Shown: piece after piece, positions 11,733 to 34,528 of the stretch
How positions within the stretch are numbered: position 1 is the first letter of the stretch
Layout: each line of letters opens with the position of its first letter
NCBI GenBank assembly: GCA_900088475.1
Contig: FLMG01000885.1
Span: 1-64,000 of the forward strand
Reading direction: 5' to 3'
Source of the DNA: Hyphochytrium catenoides
Lineage: Eukaryota; Protista; Hyphochytriomycota
DNA: 64,000 nt
Position numbers and translations under genes: made by a program
The notes under the pieces: generated by a model
Database searches by the model: none
What the model saw: only the letters and a program-made list of their open reading frames with translations
Told to the model about the DNA's origin: nothing

Positions 11733-14700
11733 ATGAGCAACGCAGCCAAGGCTGTGATGGTCGCAGCTACGCGGCAGCATGTCGGAAAGACTAGTACGAG
11801 TATGGGGCTGCTAATGGGGTTGACGAAGAGGTACGGGTGATGAGATATTGTGCCGTCTCTCGCTCGTTGCTCTCAGATGGTCTCTTTGTTGAAAGCTTGA
11901 AAGCTCTCTTGTCGGAAGTCTACAGTTTATACCCACACTTACTCGACATCTCGTGAATGCTGGCAGGGACATGAATATTGGGTTCCTGAAGCCTGTTGGA
12001 CAGAATAGCCTCCTAGTAGAAGGCGGGATAAGGGTGGACAAGGACGTCAAGCTTGCCAAAGGTGAGATCGAACAGAGCGTTCATTAGAAATACAAAAGGG
12101 TGGAAAGCGTAGGTCTGACCCGAGCAAGATGCTCAGACCTAGCAACTGCCCCTAAGGGCCCTTGTACAACCCTTTGACTTATATCTGACTTCATCTGATT
12201 GTACGATGGCTGGCTTCAAATTTTTTATGTAGAGTTTTTCAAGCTGAAATGCAGCTACAAGGACATGAGTCCTGTAGTCATCCCACCAGGATACACTCGA
12301 GACTTTCTCGACGGAAAGATCTCTCCTGACAGCCAGGTGCAGAAGATTAGGGAAAGCTTTGACAACATAAGCCGAGAGAGCGAGGTAAGATGCCTTTATT
12401 TGACTGCTTGCTTTACGCCGCTATCTCAGTTGATGTTTGGTCTGTTCTTTATTTCTTCTTGCATAATGAGGCAACAGTCCATCCTTTTTGTCCCTTCGCC
12501 AATACCGCTCGTTACTCATCTCCTCTTATAATGTGGTGGGACAACTCATCCAACTTCTGTTATCTATGCCCCCTCAGTTCACGATTGTTGAAGGCACAGG
12601 TAAGGTGGTCTCCATTCTCTGACAACATATCCATCACTTTTTTAAAGGAATATATATATATATCCTAGAGCAACCAAGTCACTTCGGCTTTTGGCGATTC
12701 TATCACATTCCCACCTCGTTGGACTCCTCCTCTAGCACTCACTATCACCCTTCGCCTCCGTTCTGCTCGAGTTCTCGGGCCTTTTGAGCAAATATCCTTT
12801 TCTGCCGTTGTTGCAGTCACCCATTTACTCATTTGTTTTTCCGGTTTATTTGTGCTACTCAGGACATACGGGTGTAGGGAGCATCGTCAACATGAATAAC
12901 GCGCAAGTGGCTGCTATGTTGGGCATCCCAATGGTACTTATCGCGAATGGCGGGCTTGGGTCCGCATACGACGAATTGGAACTTAACCGGTACGGGACAA
13001 TGACAAGATGGGTGAAAGGAGGAGGACGAAAGACCACACAGAACATGAAAGAGTACACTGAGAGGAGGAAGACAAGAAGCCTAAGTATTGTTTGACTGAT
13101 CAGAAGAAAAAACGGGGGGATATCAGGGGAGCTTAGAAGGGAGAAGTGCTGCCTAACCGCATCTCGCGGTCTCTTGGTTGCTGTCCTGACCTTCTTATTA
13201 AGGGTAATGTGCGAGAAGTACGGCGTGGAGATCAAGGGTGTCATTCTCAATAAGGTACGTTCTCGAACCGGGGTGCCCCCGCCTCCTTCCTCTATCTTTT
13301 GAATGAGGAGGTTTGCCTTCGGTATAATGGAAGATTTCCTCACCCTCCTATCCCGCCAGCACAGCTCTTCCACCTAGTCTCTGTGATGTAGCGTCTTGTT
13401 TCTTATGGCACGAGCGTTCCAACTCTCACTTCGCCTGAAAGCTGCCCTAATTTTGACAAGCGGTTGCGCTTTCATTTTCCAGTCTATTCATCCTTGCCTT
13501 CATGTCCATGACGAAAGCTAATCTAACGATAGTGGCCCTATTGCTTTCTTCCTACACGTTCCTTGGTTGGGAATAAAACTGCAGATTGTTCCGCACAAGC
13601 TAGAAATGGTTCGCGAGTACTTCCAAAAGGCTCTAGACCGGTGGGGTGTGAAGCTCCTGGCTTGTATTCCCGACCAGCCTTTCCTGGATCTTCCCACCAT
13701 GATGGACTTCGAAAATCTCTTCGAGACTAAGCTCCTCTCTGGCGATGATACGAAGCGAATGTTTCACTTTACAAATAGGTCAGACAAGGCAGTGTATACT
13801 TACCGAGGCTTAGTACTCGAGAGTCCCAGTCTAGCTTGCCGCAACCTTCACGACGTTCTATGGCCAATTCATTCCCTATTTTCTGTTATTAGTGCTATCA
13901 GTCAATGGTCTATGCACCGTTTGCGCTCAGTGACTCTATCCATTGCAATCTCCATTCTCTCACACATCGCATATGTGTCCTTCTCTGACTTTCTTACGGC
14001 TTTGAATATGCAGATCACTTATCACGTCAGGACTGCGCCGCTTTTTGAAGAAGCTGTCGACGAATAAGTTCAATGAAACTCTCTTTATTACTCATGCGTC
14101 GAGGAATGACATTATCTTAGGCTTCATCAGCCATGCACAAATGACAGAGGAGAGAAGTGGAGAACCTTTTAAGGGAGGATTGATTCTGACAGGAAGGCCT
14201 CCTTATGATACTCCGCAGGTAAGCGAAGCAAGGCTCTTCGAGGGTTAGATGGCTGTTGAAGGAAGGTGAAGGGGAGTCACATAGCAGAAATGAGCGACGA
14301 AAGCCAGCTGAGGCGACGATGAAGAAGCAGCGAGAGTGATTGAACAGGCTAAACAGTGCTGGATATGCCCGGCTGGGCCAAATCACAAGAGGAGACAGCA
14401 ATCGAAGTGAAAGAGATGGAGGGCACGGAATCCTCCAGATGTATCCAGCAACTAATGTCAGTTATCTGTGTTATGTAGAGCTACACAATGCAGATCATCT
14501 CTTTTTCAAATGTTCCAATTCTCTACGCCCCATACACAACCTATGAGACTATGGAGATGCTGGGCAATTACACTGGTACGACCGTGTTGTGGGATCTTCT
14601 GTCCATCTCTTCCTTGCCTGTCTGGCCATCCACTGTTTGCGTACCAGGCTATTGAGCTGCCCAATACTATTAGGTGGATAGCCCTCCGACAGCCTCTTCT

Positions 14701-14846
14701 CTTCTTTCTGCCTGGTTTTGAACACTAACGGGCGTGCTCTCTTTGCAGCCAAGCTCAACGCCACGGACACTCAGCGGGTGCAGCTGTGCGCGGAGCACTA
14801 TGCCAAGCATATCGATTTTGACATGCTGCTTCCTCGTAACGCGTAG
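11733..14846 (+). CDS. Stand-alone BioD-like/AAA_26 protein (phosphotransacetylase N-terminal domain family, DRTGG-like C-terminal part), 10 exons
   Basis: MSNAAKAVMVAATRQHVGKTS P-loop, GFLKPVGQ, DKDV, IVEGT|GHTGVGSIV, NAQVA, ANGGLGSAYDEL, GVILNK, THASRNDI, GGLILTG, AKLNATD...HIDFD. TAG at 14844-14846. Confidence 0.9.
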
Positions 14847-14941
14847 CGCCTAAGACTATTTAAACCTTTGGGTACCCTAGTCCCGTCCTCCTTTTGTTCT
14901 CTTCTTGCATCTGACGGTCTTAACTCTTTTACATCTCTTGT

Positions 14942-17216
14942 CTACTGCCTTGGTGCTATGGTTACTTTCTGTCCAGGCTGTAGGCCCATATCCTGAAGAA
15001 ACTTCTTCATCTTCTCCTCTTCTGCATTTTGGAAGGCTGCCAGCTTCTCTTTCTGATCACTCAGTCTAGCCTCTTTGCGCGCCTATCGAAATCAGAAGCA
15101 TTAGAAAGAGCCATATGAACTAGTAGGGGCTGTAGGAAGGAGAAGAAGAAGGAAGGCGAACGAACCTGATGCCGCCGCATCCTGCTCTGGAAGTCATCTC
15201 CTCCACCCATAAGCGTGTCTTCCTTGACGTCAAGGCCATCCATTGCCTCATCTCGGTCGCTGAGGAACAGAGACCCAGGATGTCGCAGCTCTTAGTGTGC
15301 TTGACATAGCATATCGAAGGCAAAATAGCTTCAAAGTCTCTCAAGGCACCTAATCTTACCGTGCAGAGCCGTGTATCTTGGCCCCTTTTTCCTTTCTTTT
15401 CTCAATTTGAGCCTCTCTTCCATAGGCCTTTGGTGCGACATCCTCAAGGATATCCTTGGTTCTTTTCCAGTCCTCCCTCCTCCGGACACCTGCGTCCCTT
15501 CTTCTCCCTTCTTGTTCAGCTTCTTCCTGATATCGCCGGTCAGCAGTGTCTCCGCGAGGCGGCCCGGGATCCCTGACAACCAATGAAGTCGAAGATGGAG
15601 GGATGAGAAGAGGTTGTCCATAGTACTGAGCATTAGGACCCCTCATTAGGACGATAATTCTACGATAACGGGCATGCCGATTACTGCCAGATAGAAAGTC
15701 AAGCCTATAGTTAGTATAATGGGTCCTACTCTCTGCTCCTAACGCGACCGCTGGCAGCTGGCGGTCCCGCCAATGTCTCTATTTTCTTGGTTCCCGCCTT
15801 GACACTGTCAGCAGTGGAGGCTAGAGCAAACTTCTCTCTTTCGCTTAGCTTTCCTAAGAACTTCCACTTATGTCGTGTCCTTTCTGTGCCCTCCACCACA
15901 TCTTCAGGCAGTCCTTCATAGTAAGAGGAAGGAAGCTGCAGAGAGTTCCACCTACGAAAGGAAAATAACACTAAGAGCACGAAGAGAAGGCAGCAAGACG
16001 ATGGACCTGGTGGAAGGAAGACGAACGAGAAAGAGGAAAAGGATGCGCCAGAACAAACGCGATCCGGGGCTAGAAGAAGTCCCCGAGGAACCGATAGTGC
16101 CACCGTATTAGGATTTGGACAAGGTCTGTAGCAAGGACACCAACAAGAGCACTGGATGAAGTAGAATGCCACATAGAGGAAGAGTGAGAAGATAGAATGC
16201 CAGAGAAGTTGATTCAGATCCCCACGCATTGAATAAGATCCATTGAGCACGGCAACTGAAGGAGTGCCACAGGGCAGAGGTCGCCAGAGAGGGCAGTGTA
16301 ACTAGGAAGCTGTACCTCTTAGCGAACTTCTTGAATAGCTTTGCCGCCTCCTCACTAGTAAGATCCTCAAAGTACAAGTTAGGCTCTTTCTTCAGCCAGA
16401 TGCGGAACTCTGTCGCCTATGAGGTTAAAGTCAACAGAGAAAGTGATAGAAGGAAGTCCGAAGCATGACGAGGGACATGGTGGGCAGGATAGCGCGGCAG
16501 AAATAACACAAGGACAAATGGAGTCTCTGACAGACAAAAAGATGGAGCAGCTCTCCCACAGACAGTCGCTTGTCAACAAGGAAGGTATATATAGGGGAAG
16601 ATAAGTGTGAAACAGGAAAGAAGACGGCGAGCAAGGAAGAGCGAGAAGAGAGAACAAGAGAAGAGAAAGTATGAGAGAGAGAGAGAGAGAAGTGAAGGAA
16701 ATGGAGCGACAGGGAAGAGAGGTAGCTAGAGAGGTAGAAGGAAAGAGCAGCTTAACAGAGTTGCTGTTCCCTTCTTACCTTTTGGTAGTAGTCATCCTCT
16801 GTCAATGGTTTTGTACCCTTCGCGTTCAGTGCTCGAGCTTGCTCGTCTGTCACCTTTATCTCTTCTTCATCGCTCCCCTTAGAGCTCTTGCCCTTCTTTC
16901 TCTTATCTTTCTTGTCCTTTCTGTCCCTTTCCTTCTTGTCCTTAGACTTCTTCTTCTTTTTGCTCTTGCTCTGCTTTCTACTTCTTCGTGAGTCTGAATC
17001 GGATGACGATGAGGCAGAGGAGCTTTCCCTACTGGCACTTCTTTGCCTCCTCTTGTCAGTAGCTCCGTGTCTGCTCTTCTTCTTCGCTCTTCTCTCTCTT
17101 AGTTGTTCAGAATCGCTGCCTGCGCTTTCGGATCTGCCTCTTCGCGAGCTCTTGCGCCTTTTTCCTTCCTCTCTGTCCTTTCTGCCTCTATCTTCGTCGT
17201 CCCTGTCCCTAGCCAT
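14942..17216 (-). CDS. SR/K-rich nuclear protein, SCI1 (style cell-cycle inhibitor 1)-like
   Basis: RS/K-rich N-terminus, then LTEDDYYQK|ATEFRIWLKKE..YFEDLTSEEAAKLFKKFAKR|WN...YYEG. Later exons include LEDVAPKAYGRE and LMGGGDDF, ending KVTIAPRQ*. Confidence 0.75.
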
Positions 17217-17928
17217 TCTCCCTTTTAATCAGCAGCCGCAAGGAACCTTTCAGCTTTCCCAGCTTCGCCTTGCTCTTCACGAACGTTTCACTTGTCTTTG
17301 GCTGGGACGAGTGAAGCTGCTAGTGCGGGTGAAGAATGCTTCTGGACGCACCTGCATAAAGATGGGACCAGCTAAGGCGTGAAGAGCGAGCAAACAAGAG
17401 GACGGCCTAGAAGGCCGAAGAGCCAAGGAGCGCAAAGCACAGAAGCTCCCAACTCCCAAGACAAATACTTCAGAACCTCCAAAAAGATCCCACCGCCATT
17501 TCAGAAATCCTCCTGGAGCTATATATCTACGCCTCGTATATTCCTAATAATAATCCTACTTATAACACCATACAAAGCAATTAACCGGGAGGGTTCAGGA
17601 TAACGCTGGTGGGGGAGTGGAAGTGTGGCGCGAAAGTGTCAGCCCCAAGAGCTTCAAACCCACGCGCAAGATCAACAGCCACGCTTGGCTGTTCAGTCCA
17701 TTAGCCGCTCACCGCGCGAGGTGAGAAGCGGGCGGCGACAGAAGAGAGAAGACCAAGAAGCCTTACCACGGCTCTGATTTCTGTCAGTTTGCAGGCTGAT
17801 TTCTCGTCTCTGCCTCTCCATGTGGGTGCTCATCATAGGCTTGTTCAGAAGATTTTAGGTCCATGGATTTTCAGAAAGCCCGATAACCTCCATTGCGGTG
17901 AAGGACCCGACAGCTGCCTTGAGGAAGG

Positions 17929-28095
<10,167 letters not shown>

Positions 28096-28197
28096 GAAGA
28101 GCCCCGTTGATCCGTCACCTGGAACAAGGAACGGACACCAGAGACTGGCTTTGACGAATAAAGGCCTAGAAGTATCAATCTAATCTTCTCTGCCTCT

Positions 28198-29253
28198 CTA
28201 GCGCACAAGCTGGTCTTCTCTCTTAGCTTTAAAGACCTCCAGGAAGTGCTTTAAATACGGCTTTGCCACCATCTGCAGCGCCTCATCCAGGGGCACCTAC
28301 AAGGGAGAAAAGTCAGCTTCTCCCTTATCCCGCTCCCCAAATTTTGGCTGTCGTTCACTGTTTTCTCTACCAGCCCTGCGACAGACAGACAACTCCGGTC
28401 ATAGTGTTTCACTCTTGTTACTCTTATACTAAGCAAGTGGCCGCTCTTTACTGTCAATCCCCTACTCGTTAAGATCTTTGTCCCATTACCCGCTTAAGCT
28501 ATTTCTCTGTCATCTAGTCACTGACTCACCACCATTCGCTTCCTGACATCCTCTGACCACTCTGGCAGAAGTTCCGTCACTCTTAGGACGAAACAGTGGA
28601 GGAAGAAAGAGCCACCTGACTTGGAGCGGCATTCCTTCGACCCCAGCTGGCCCTGAAGGGTGCCCTTGATCTTGAAGATAGGGCAAAGCTGTTCAGTTGC
28701 CGGGACATCGCTATCTGTGGCCCTAGCCTTCCTCAAAATCTGGCGCCTCTATAACAATCTGCACCTCGCGCACCATACGAGCCCGTGCCTTAGACCCGAT
28801 GCTTCCCTCTCCCTCTTCTCTCCCTCTAAAGATCCTCGTCTTTGCGAAGTCCTTACCCCGCCTTCCTCCAGAGCTTCCCTTAGCGCACATTCCTCCATTG
28901 TCTCATCGCTTTCCCAGCCTCCTTTTGGGAAGATCCACCCTCCTGGGTGCTTTGCACTTGAGACTAGGACAATGTTGCCATCCTCCTGGACAGGAATAGC
29001 TCCGATGACTAGTCTGAGAGAACGGAGCGAGAGTGGTACGACACGCGGCCACCGTAAGAGGAAAAGCATTCGGAGCGTAATCGTAAGAAGATGAGCCTCG
29101 AAAGATCAAGGCGATAGGCACCTAAGAAGCGCTTTAGTATGAACAGCTGGGATCGCCTTGGTACCTTCTCTTGTCCTCATCATAGCGCTGAAGATCTCTG
29201 CCTACTCGAGAGTTCTTGGCGTAGGCCTTTTTATCCTTTGCTTCGCCGCTCAT
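28198..29253 (-). CDS. Nudix hydrolase, DIPP/Aps1/plant NUDT12-21-like, 4 exons
   Basis: MSGEAK...SRVGRDLQRYD, LVIGAIP, WIFPKGGWESDETMEECALREALEEGG (complete Nudix box), WSEDVRKR, final exon VPLDEAL...LVR*. Confidence 0.9.
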
Positions 29254-30081
29254 GACTCCTACCCTATCTATAGCCCTTCGTACTCTCTTTATGTCCTGGC
29301 TGTTCTCCTGGTCAGCCTTCCTTCAACTAAACACTCGGAGGACGCGTGATTATCTCAACGGTGCGGCGCGTCAACGACGATCCGCTCCATGATATCCATC
29401 GGCCGCATAATGCCCGGGGTATCGGTCGCAGTGACGTAGACCTAGAGAGGAAGATCGTGCTCTGCTGCCCGTGCGGTGGTCCCTAGCCGGGAGCTGAGTG
29501 CCGATGGAGCGAGAAGAGCGCGGGCTAACAAGTGGAGACATATCATGCGTCCCACGATCCGAGGAGAAGAGTTGTTCAGACAAACGAGCTTTGTCAATAG
29601 TCCATTTGAAATAAGTATATCTGTAATTCCGAATAGACTTATTGGAAGGATAAGAAAGAAGCAACGACAGGAAAGCTACAGTAAGTCTAATTTGATTAAG
29701 AGTATAGATCCTCATGGGGTTCTTGACAAGAGCGAAAAGTAAAAATGAAATATATATTCCGAATACCTACCAGGTGATGATGCTTCTGACGCTGATCGCT
29801 GTCGGTTGGTTCTGAAGCGCCACTAAAGCTCTGGAATGGCAGAGATTCACAGCTTTGTCTGGCAGCTTCGGCTCTTCTTCTCCATTGGCCTTAGACTTCG
29901 TCCAGAACCGAGACTCAGTCCTACTTCTCCATACTGTTGCATCGTGTAAAGACAATTCTCCGACGTGCCATAGATCTGCTCTTGACCTTAGTAAAGCCCT
30001 CGAGAACTAAAGTCCAGACACGAGGACGAGGGCAGGTACGGACCGAAGCGGTAGAAGACGACCCAGAAAGAAAAGCATATA

Positions 30082-33000
30082 ATGTTGGAGCTTCTACTTC
30101 CTCCGCCATCCGAGGAGATACTTAAAGGCACAGATCGGAGTAAGGTGGTTTGCGGGCTAGGGGGTTATCCATATAAGAAGGACATAGAGAGCGCCGGACA
30201 TGAATATCAGAAGTTCCTCCTAAGAAAGGCAGGCAAAGGGTGAGACACAACTTGATGCATGGAACTTCTTCTTCCTCTATTCTATTTCTCTTCTTTCTTC
30301 TCTCTCCCTTTCTCCCGTGTTAGCCCTACGTTTCTCTTACTCTTTGCTATGCTCCTAGTGTGCAAGAAAAGGAGGAAGCCGATGCTAGTCTGAGCGACGA
30401 AGGAGCAGGAAAGGCTGACGATGAGGTTGTGGTGGACGAGAAGAAGTTTCTGAAGCTGAATTATTATGAGCAGCTAGGGATAGGGAAGCTTGGCTTTAAT
30501 GCCTCTGAAAACCAGATTCGTCAAGCATGTAAGGTCATAAGGGAGAGAAGACAAGAGAGAGGACTGAAGATGGAGAAGAGAAGGAGGAGCGATGAGGGAG
30601 AGAGAAGGAAGAAACCCGAGGGAGAAGAAGCAGAGAGAGAGAGAGAGAGANNNNNNNNNNNNNNNNNNNNNNNNNNNNNNNNNNNNNNNNNNNNNNNNNN
30701 NNNNNNNNNNNNNNNNNNNGAGAGAGAGAGAGAGAGAGACCATGAGCCGTCCAGCTGTGTCGTACCCGTGGCCAAATGGAAGGGGAAGCCAACAGATAAG
30801 GGAAGATGATTTATGGGGCCGGAGACTGAGACTTCCGCACAGATCATAAGGCTCTGATCAAGTATCATCCGGATAAGACTGGGAGAGGGGAGACAGATCC
30901 CATCTTTCTTGCTGTGCAGCATGCGTACGCAACCTTGGGTGATGCTCAGAAGAGGAGAGCATACGATTCCCAGGTAGCCCGCCTTTGTCCTATTACTCCT
31001 CCCTCTCTCTTTAGCTCATTCTGGTACCGTCTTCTCTCACGCTCCAGAATGTTTTGGAAGTGGGTAACCTCTGCTGCTCTTCATCTCGATCTGGCTCTGC
31101 CTTGTCCATTGTCAACTTCTTCCTGTTTCTCTACCTCTTAACTTTTGTGTAAGGGAAAGGATACCTCCTTCCCCTGGCTAACGCATCTTGTGGACCTTGT
31201 ATCTTGTTGCTACCTTAGTGTGACTTTGATGATTGGATTCCAACCGGCACCGAGACCATCCGTTTGAGCCCCGAAGAAGAGGGAGAAGATTTTTTCACTC
31301 TATATGGCCCTGTTTTCGAAAGGAACGCGCGGTTCTCTACGCACAAGCCAGTACCGCTGCTTGGTGGCGATGATACTCCTGTAGAAGAGGTGTATAAGTT
31401 CTATGACTTCTGGTACAAATTTGGTAAGGGTTTGACTATTATCTGTCTCTCTTCCTTAGACTGCATCACTATGTGACTCTTCCAATTTCTCAAAACTCTT
31501 GCCCTATCCGTTGGCCTTAGGTGGCTGGTCTTACTCGTCTGAGTGATTCGAGGGATGACCCTCCCCCCCTCTCCTCTCTTTGCCTTGTAACCTCTTCGGG
31601 GCTTCTCGGTCATTTAATCGCTCTCTGTACTTCGGGCTCTTTATACATCTAGACATAACCGCTCTAACCTCTTCCATTTCGACTGCATGGGGAATCAGAA
31701 TCTTGGCGCGACTTCTCTCATGATGCAGAGCATGATGTCGACAGCGCTGACTATAGAGAGGAGAAAAGGTGGATGCAAAGGCAGAATGAAAACGCGGCAA
31801 AGAAAAAGAAGAAGAAAGAATATCAGCGCCTTGCGCTACTCGTGGATCGTGCGCAGGCCGCTGACCCTAGAATTAAAAGAGCGAAGCAGCAAGAAAAGGA
31901 GGCAAAGGAGAGGGCTAAGGTATGTGTCTGCCGCTTGCCTGTTAGCAGCCTCATGTTCTCTCCTCTTCAGTTGTATTCAGTAGTCTCAAATTTGTATAAT
32001 CTTATCCATTCTCTTAAGCCTTGCCTCTCTTGCTTAAGCGTCCCTCATTTGTCTTGGGCTTACTTCTCTTTCCCCTCAAATCAGTTGGAGAAGAAAATAG
32101 CCGCGGAAAGGCAGCGAAGGGCAGAAGAGGAGGCCGAGGAGGCGAAGAAGAGAGCAGCCGCAGAGGAAGAAGAGAGGAAAAGGGCTGAGGCCAGGAGAGC
32201 TAAGGAAGAAAGGGAGAAGCTGAAAAGACAGCAAAGGGCGGCGGCGAGAAAGATCAAGGAGCTCCTCAAGGAAGCGGAGGACCGGGTAGCCAACAAGTCC
32301 GCCAGCGAGAAACTGCCAGGAGAAAAGTTGGGAGACGACCAAGTCGACATGCTTTGTAAAGGACTAGAGGCAGTCCAGCTTGAAGAGTGAGTACACCTGC
32401 TCAACAGATCAGAAGGGTGGCGAGAAGAGTGGCTAAAGCATGCGATGAAAGGCTAAAAGACACCGGAATATGTACATGTTGAGAAATCAGGCTAGAGAAT
32501 GATGGCAAAAGGGACGGGTGTTAGTGACTCAACCTCTGTTGCCTCCGTTCTTCAGGTTGATGCAACCTTTTAATGCCGAGAAGCCTCGTGTCCAAGAAGG
32601 GTTAGCTCTAGCGAGAAAGCTTTTGGAGGAGGTGAGAGAGAGAACGGAGCGGGAACAAGCGCAGGATCAACCTAAGGTCATTACCACGGCAGCCAAAGTG
32701 CAGGAGCAAAAGGTGAAATCTTCGTTGGTTTGTCCACACCCGCATTTTCCTAACTACTTCTGGCTGGTTCTTTTTCGCGTAGGCTGTAGTCGCCCCTTGG
32801 ACAGAAGAGGAGACCGTGATGCTGACCAAGTGCATCGCAAAGTTTCCAGGTGGCACACGGAATCGCTGGCAGCAGATTGCAGATTATATCAACCATCACT
32901 TGGGGCTCAGGGAACTCAAAACGTCAGGAAGCTCCCCTTCTGTCTTGTCTCGTTGCTTGAGATCAATGTGGCTCGCTTAACAATGAGTACTTTTGTTCAT

Positions 33001-34052
33001 TTGCGGACTTTGTGTTCTATGTGTAGGCCACTTGGTCTGGTGTTGATCGTTGTCAGCGATTCTCTCGCTCCCCCTTCGTTGGTTCTAAACCTTTTTCTTC
33101 TTCCTTTTCAATTATGGACGTCCCTTCCAATGTTGAATCCCTTCTCTGTGCCCATCAGTAAGGACGATTGCATTGCGAAGGCGCAGGAGCTCCAGCAACA
33201 GCAAGCGAGACATGCTTTAGGGTCAGTGCTGACAGCCGAATTCTAGACCTCTTTTCACCTATGTCCTAATCGATATGGGGTGCTTTTGGACTTTCTTATG
33301 GTTCTAAGTTTCGCTTTCCTCTCTCGTCATGTGCTCGGTGTTGCCGCTGGATAATTCCCAACTCCCTGATCTCCTCTTTCCATTTTCAGATTCTTGCTCT
33401 CCGGGCTTTCCCCAATTTGTCCTTTCGATCTCCTACAACGTTCTTCTGTTCCCTTCTAGTAAACCATTGACCTTTCAATCCTGCCCACTTACTTTCTTCT
33501 TTTCCTTGCACCTGAATTTGCTCCTATATTTGGGCAGCGCACGAGCTTCATCTGCAGCATCAACTTCGTCAAGGGCCGCCGGGAAAGTGAAAACTGGAGG
33601 TCCAGCTAGTGCAGGGCCCAACTTAGCTGCTGGAGACGGGGCAGGAGATGAAGATAAATGGACGGCAGAGCAGCAGAGCGCCTTGGAAGGGGCATTGAAG
33701 AAGTATCCAGCCAGTAAGTGTCTGCTCTACGCATTCATCCAGCCTACTGGTAGTGGGCTCTCGCTGTGGTTTGCCCTCCCGCCATCCTCCAGCGTTCCAT
33801 GTTACTAGATGCCTCACCTACCCCTCACCTGTTACCTCTTCTCCCTCAAGCTAGCATGGTTCTAAAGCCCGGAACACTAACTGCTTGCACCCTGTGTCCC
33901 GCCCAACTTCCTTCATCTCCTATATAGCACTGGATAAGAATGAAAGATGGCGTTTGATCGCCGAGGCGGTGCCAGGAAAAACGAAGAAGCAATGTGTTCA
34001 GCGATACAAAGAGCTTCGAGAGGCCGTACTAAAGCAGCAACAAGCGAAATAG
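30082..34052 (+). CDS. DNAJC2: DnaJ C2/MPP11/zuotin-like ribosome-associated co-chaperone with two SANT domains
   Basis: J-domain YYEQLG...KYHPDK...KRRAYDS, FFTLYGPVFERNARFS, FYDFWYKF|ESWRDFS, DPRIK. SANT1 WTEEE..KFPGGTRNRWQQIA and SANT2 WTAEQQSALE...RWRLIAEAVPGKTKKQC. The start (MLELLLPPP, ATG 30082) is inferred from splice phase. Confidence 0.92.
30630..30740. repeat. (AG)n microsatellite spanning an assembly gap, intronic
   Basis: AG repeats flank the N-run at 30651-30719. Confidence 0.9.
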
Positions 34053-34528
34053 GCAACTCATTAAAGGGTAACTAGAGTTGCAGGAGCGGACCAAAGGACC
34101 TTGAAGGCTTGTTCCGAAGGGCAATCGAGGAAGAGTGCTTAGCATACCCATACCCCGAAGGTGGCCACGGATAAGTTGAGCCTTCTATCCCGTTACAATG
34201 ATCAACTATTTATTTAGGCTTAAGGAATCCGGGCAGGACGCGGCGATTCTCTGCGCTCCTTCCTTTTAGTCTCAGTAGCTGCGTATGTGCCTCTATACTT
34301 CTATCAGTCAGGGCTATCTGACAACGAGAAGGCTAATAAGAGCTGTAAGCACACCTTCTTCCTCTCTTATCGCCTCAATTTCTCCGTCGGTTACCATGGA
34401 TTCTTCTGCGTATGGGCATCTTCCTAGCAGTGCCCAGGCTTTGGCCATTGCCGTGTCTTAAATATGTTCCACCGTCCTCGGTAGCTCTTTGCTGCGTTAT
34501 CTAACCACCCAGCTATTTCGCTGATCGG

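Noticed and set aside
16671-17382. Long hydrophobic or Ser-rich ORFs antisense to charged exons (also 4215-4784, 19137-19446, 32076-32404, 37241-37708)
   Set aside because: Shadow ORFs of low-complexity coding sequence or microsatellites.
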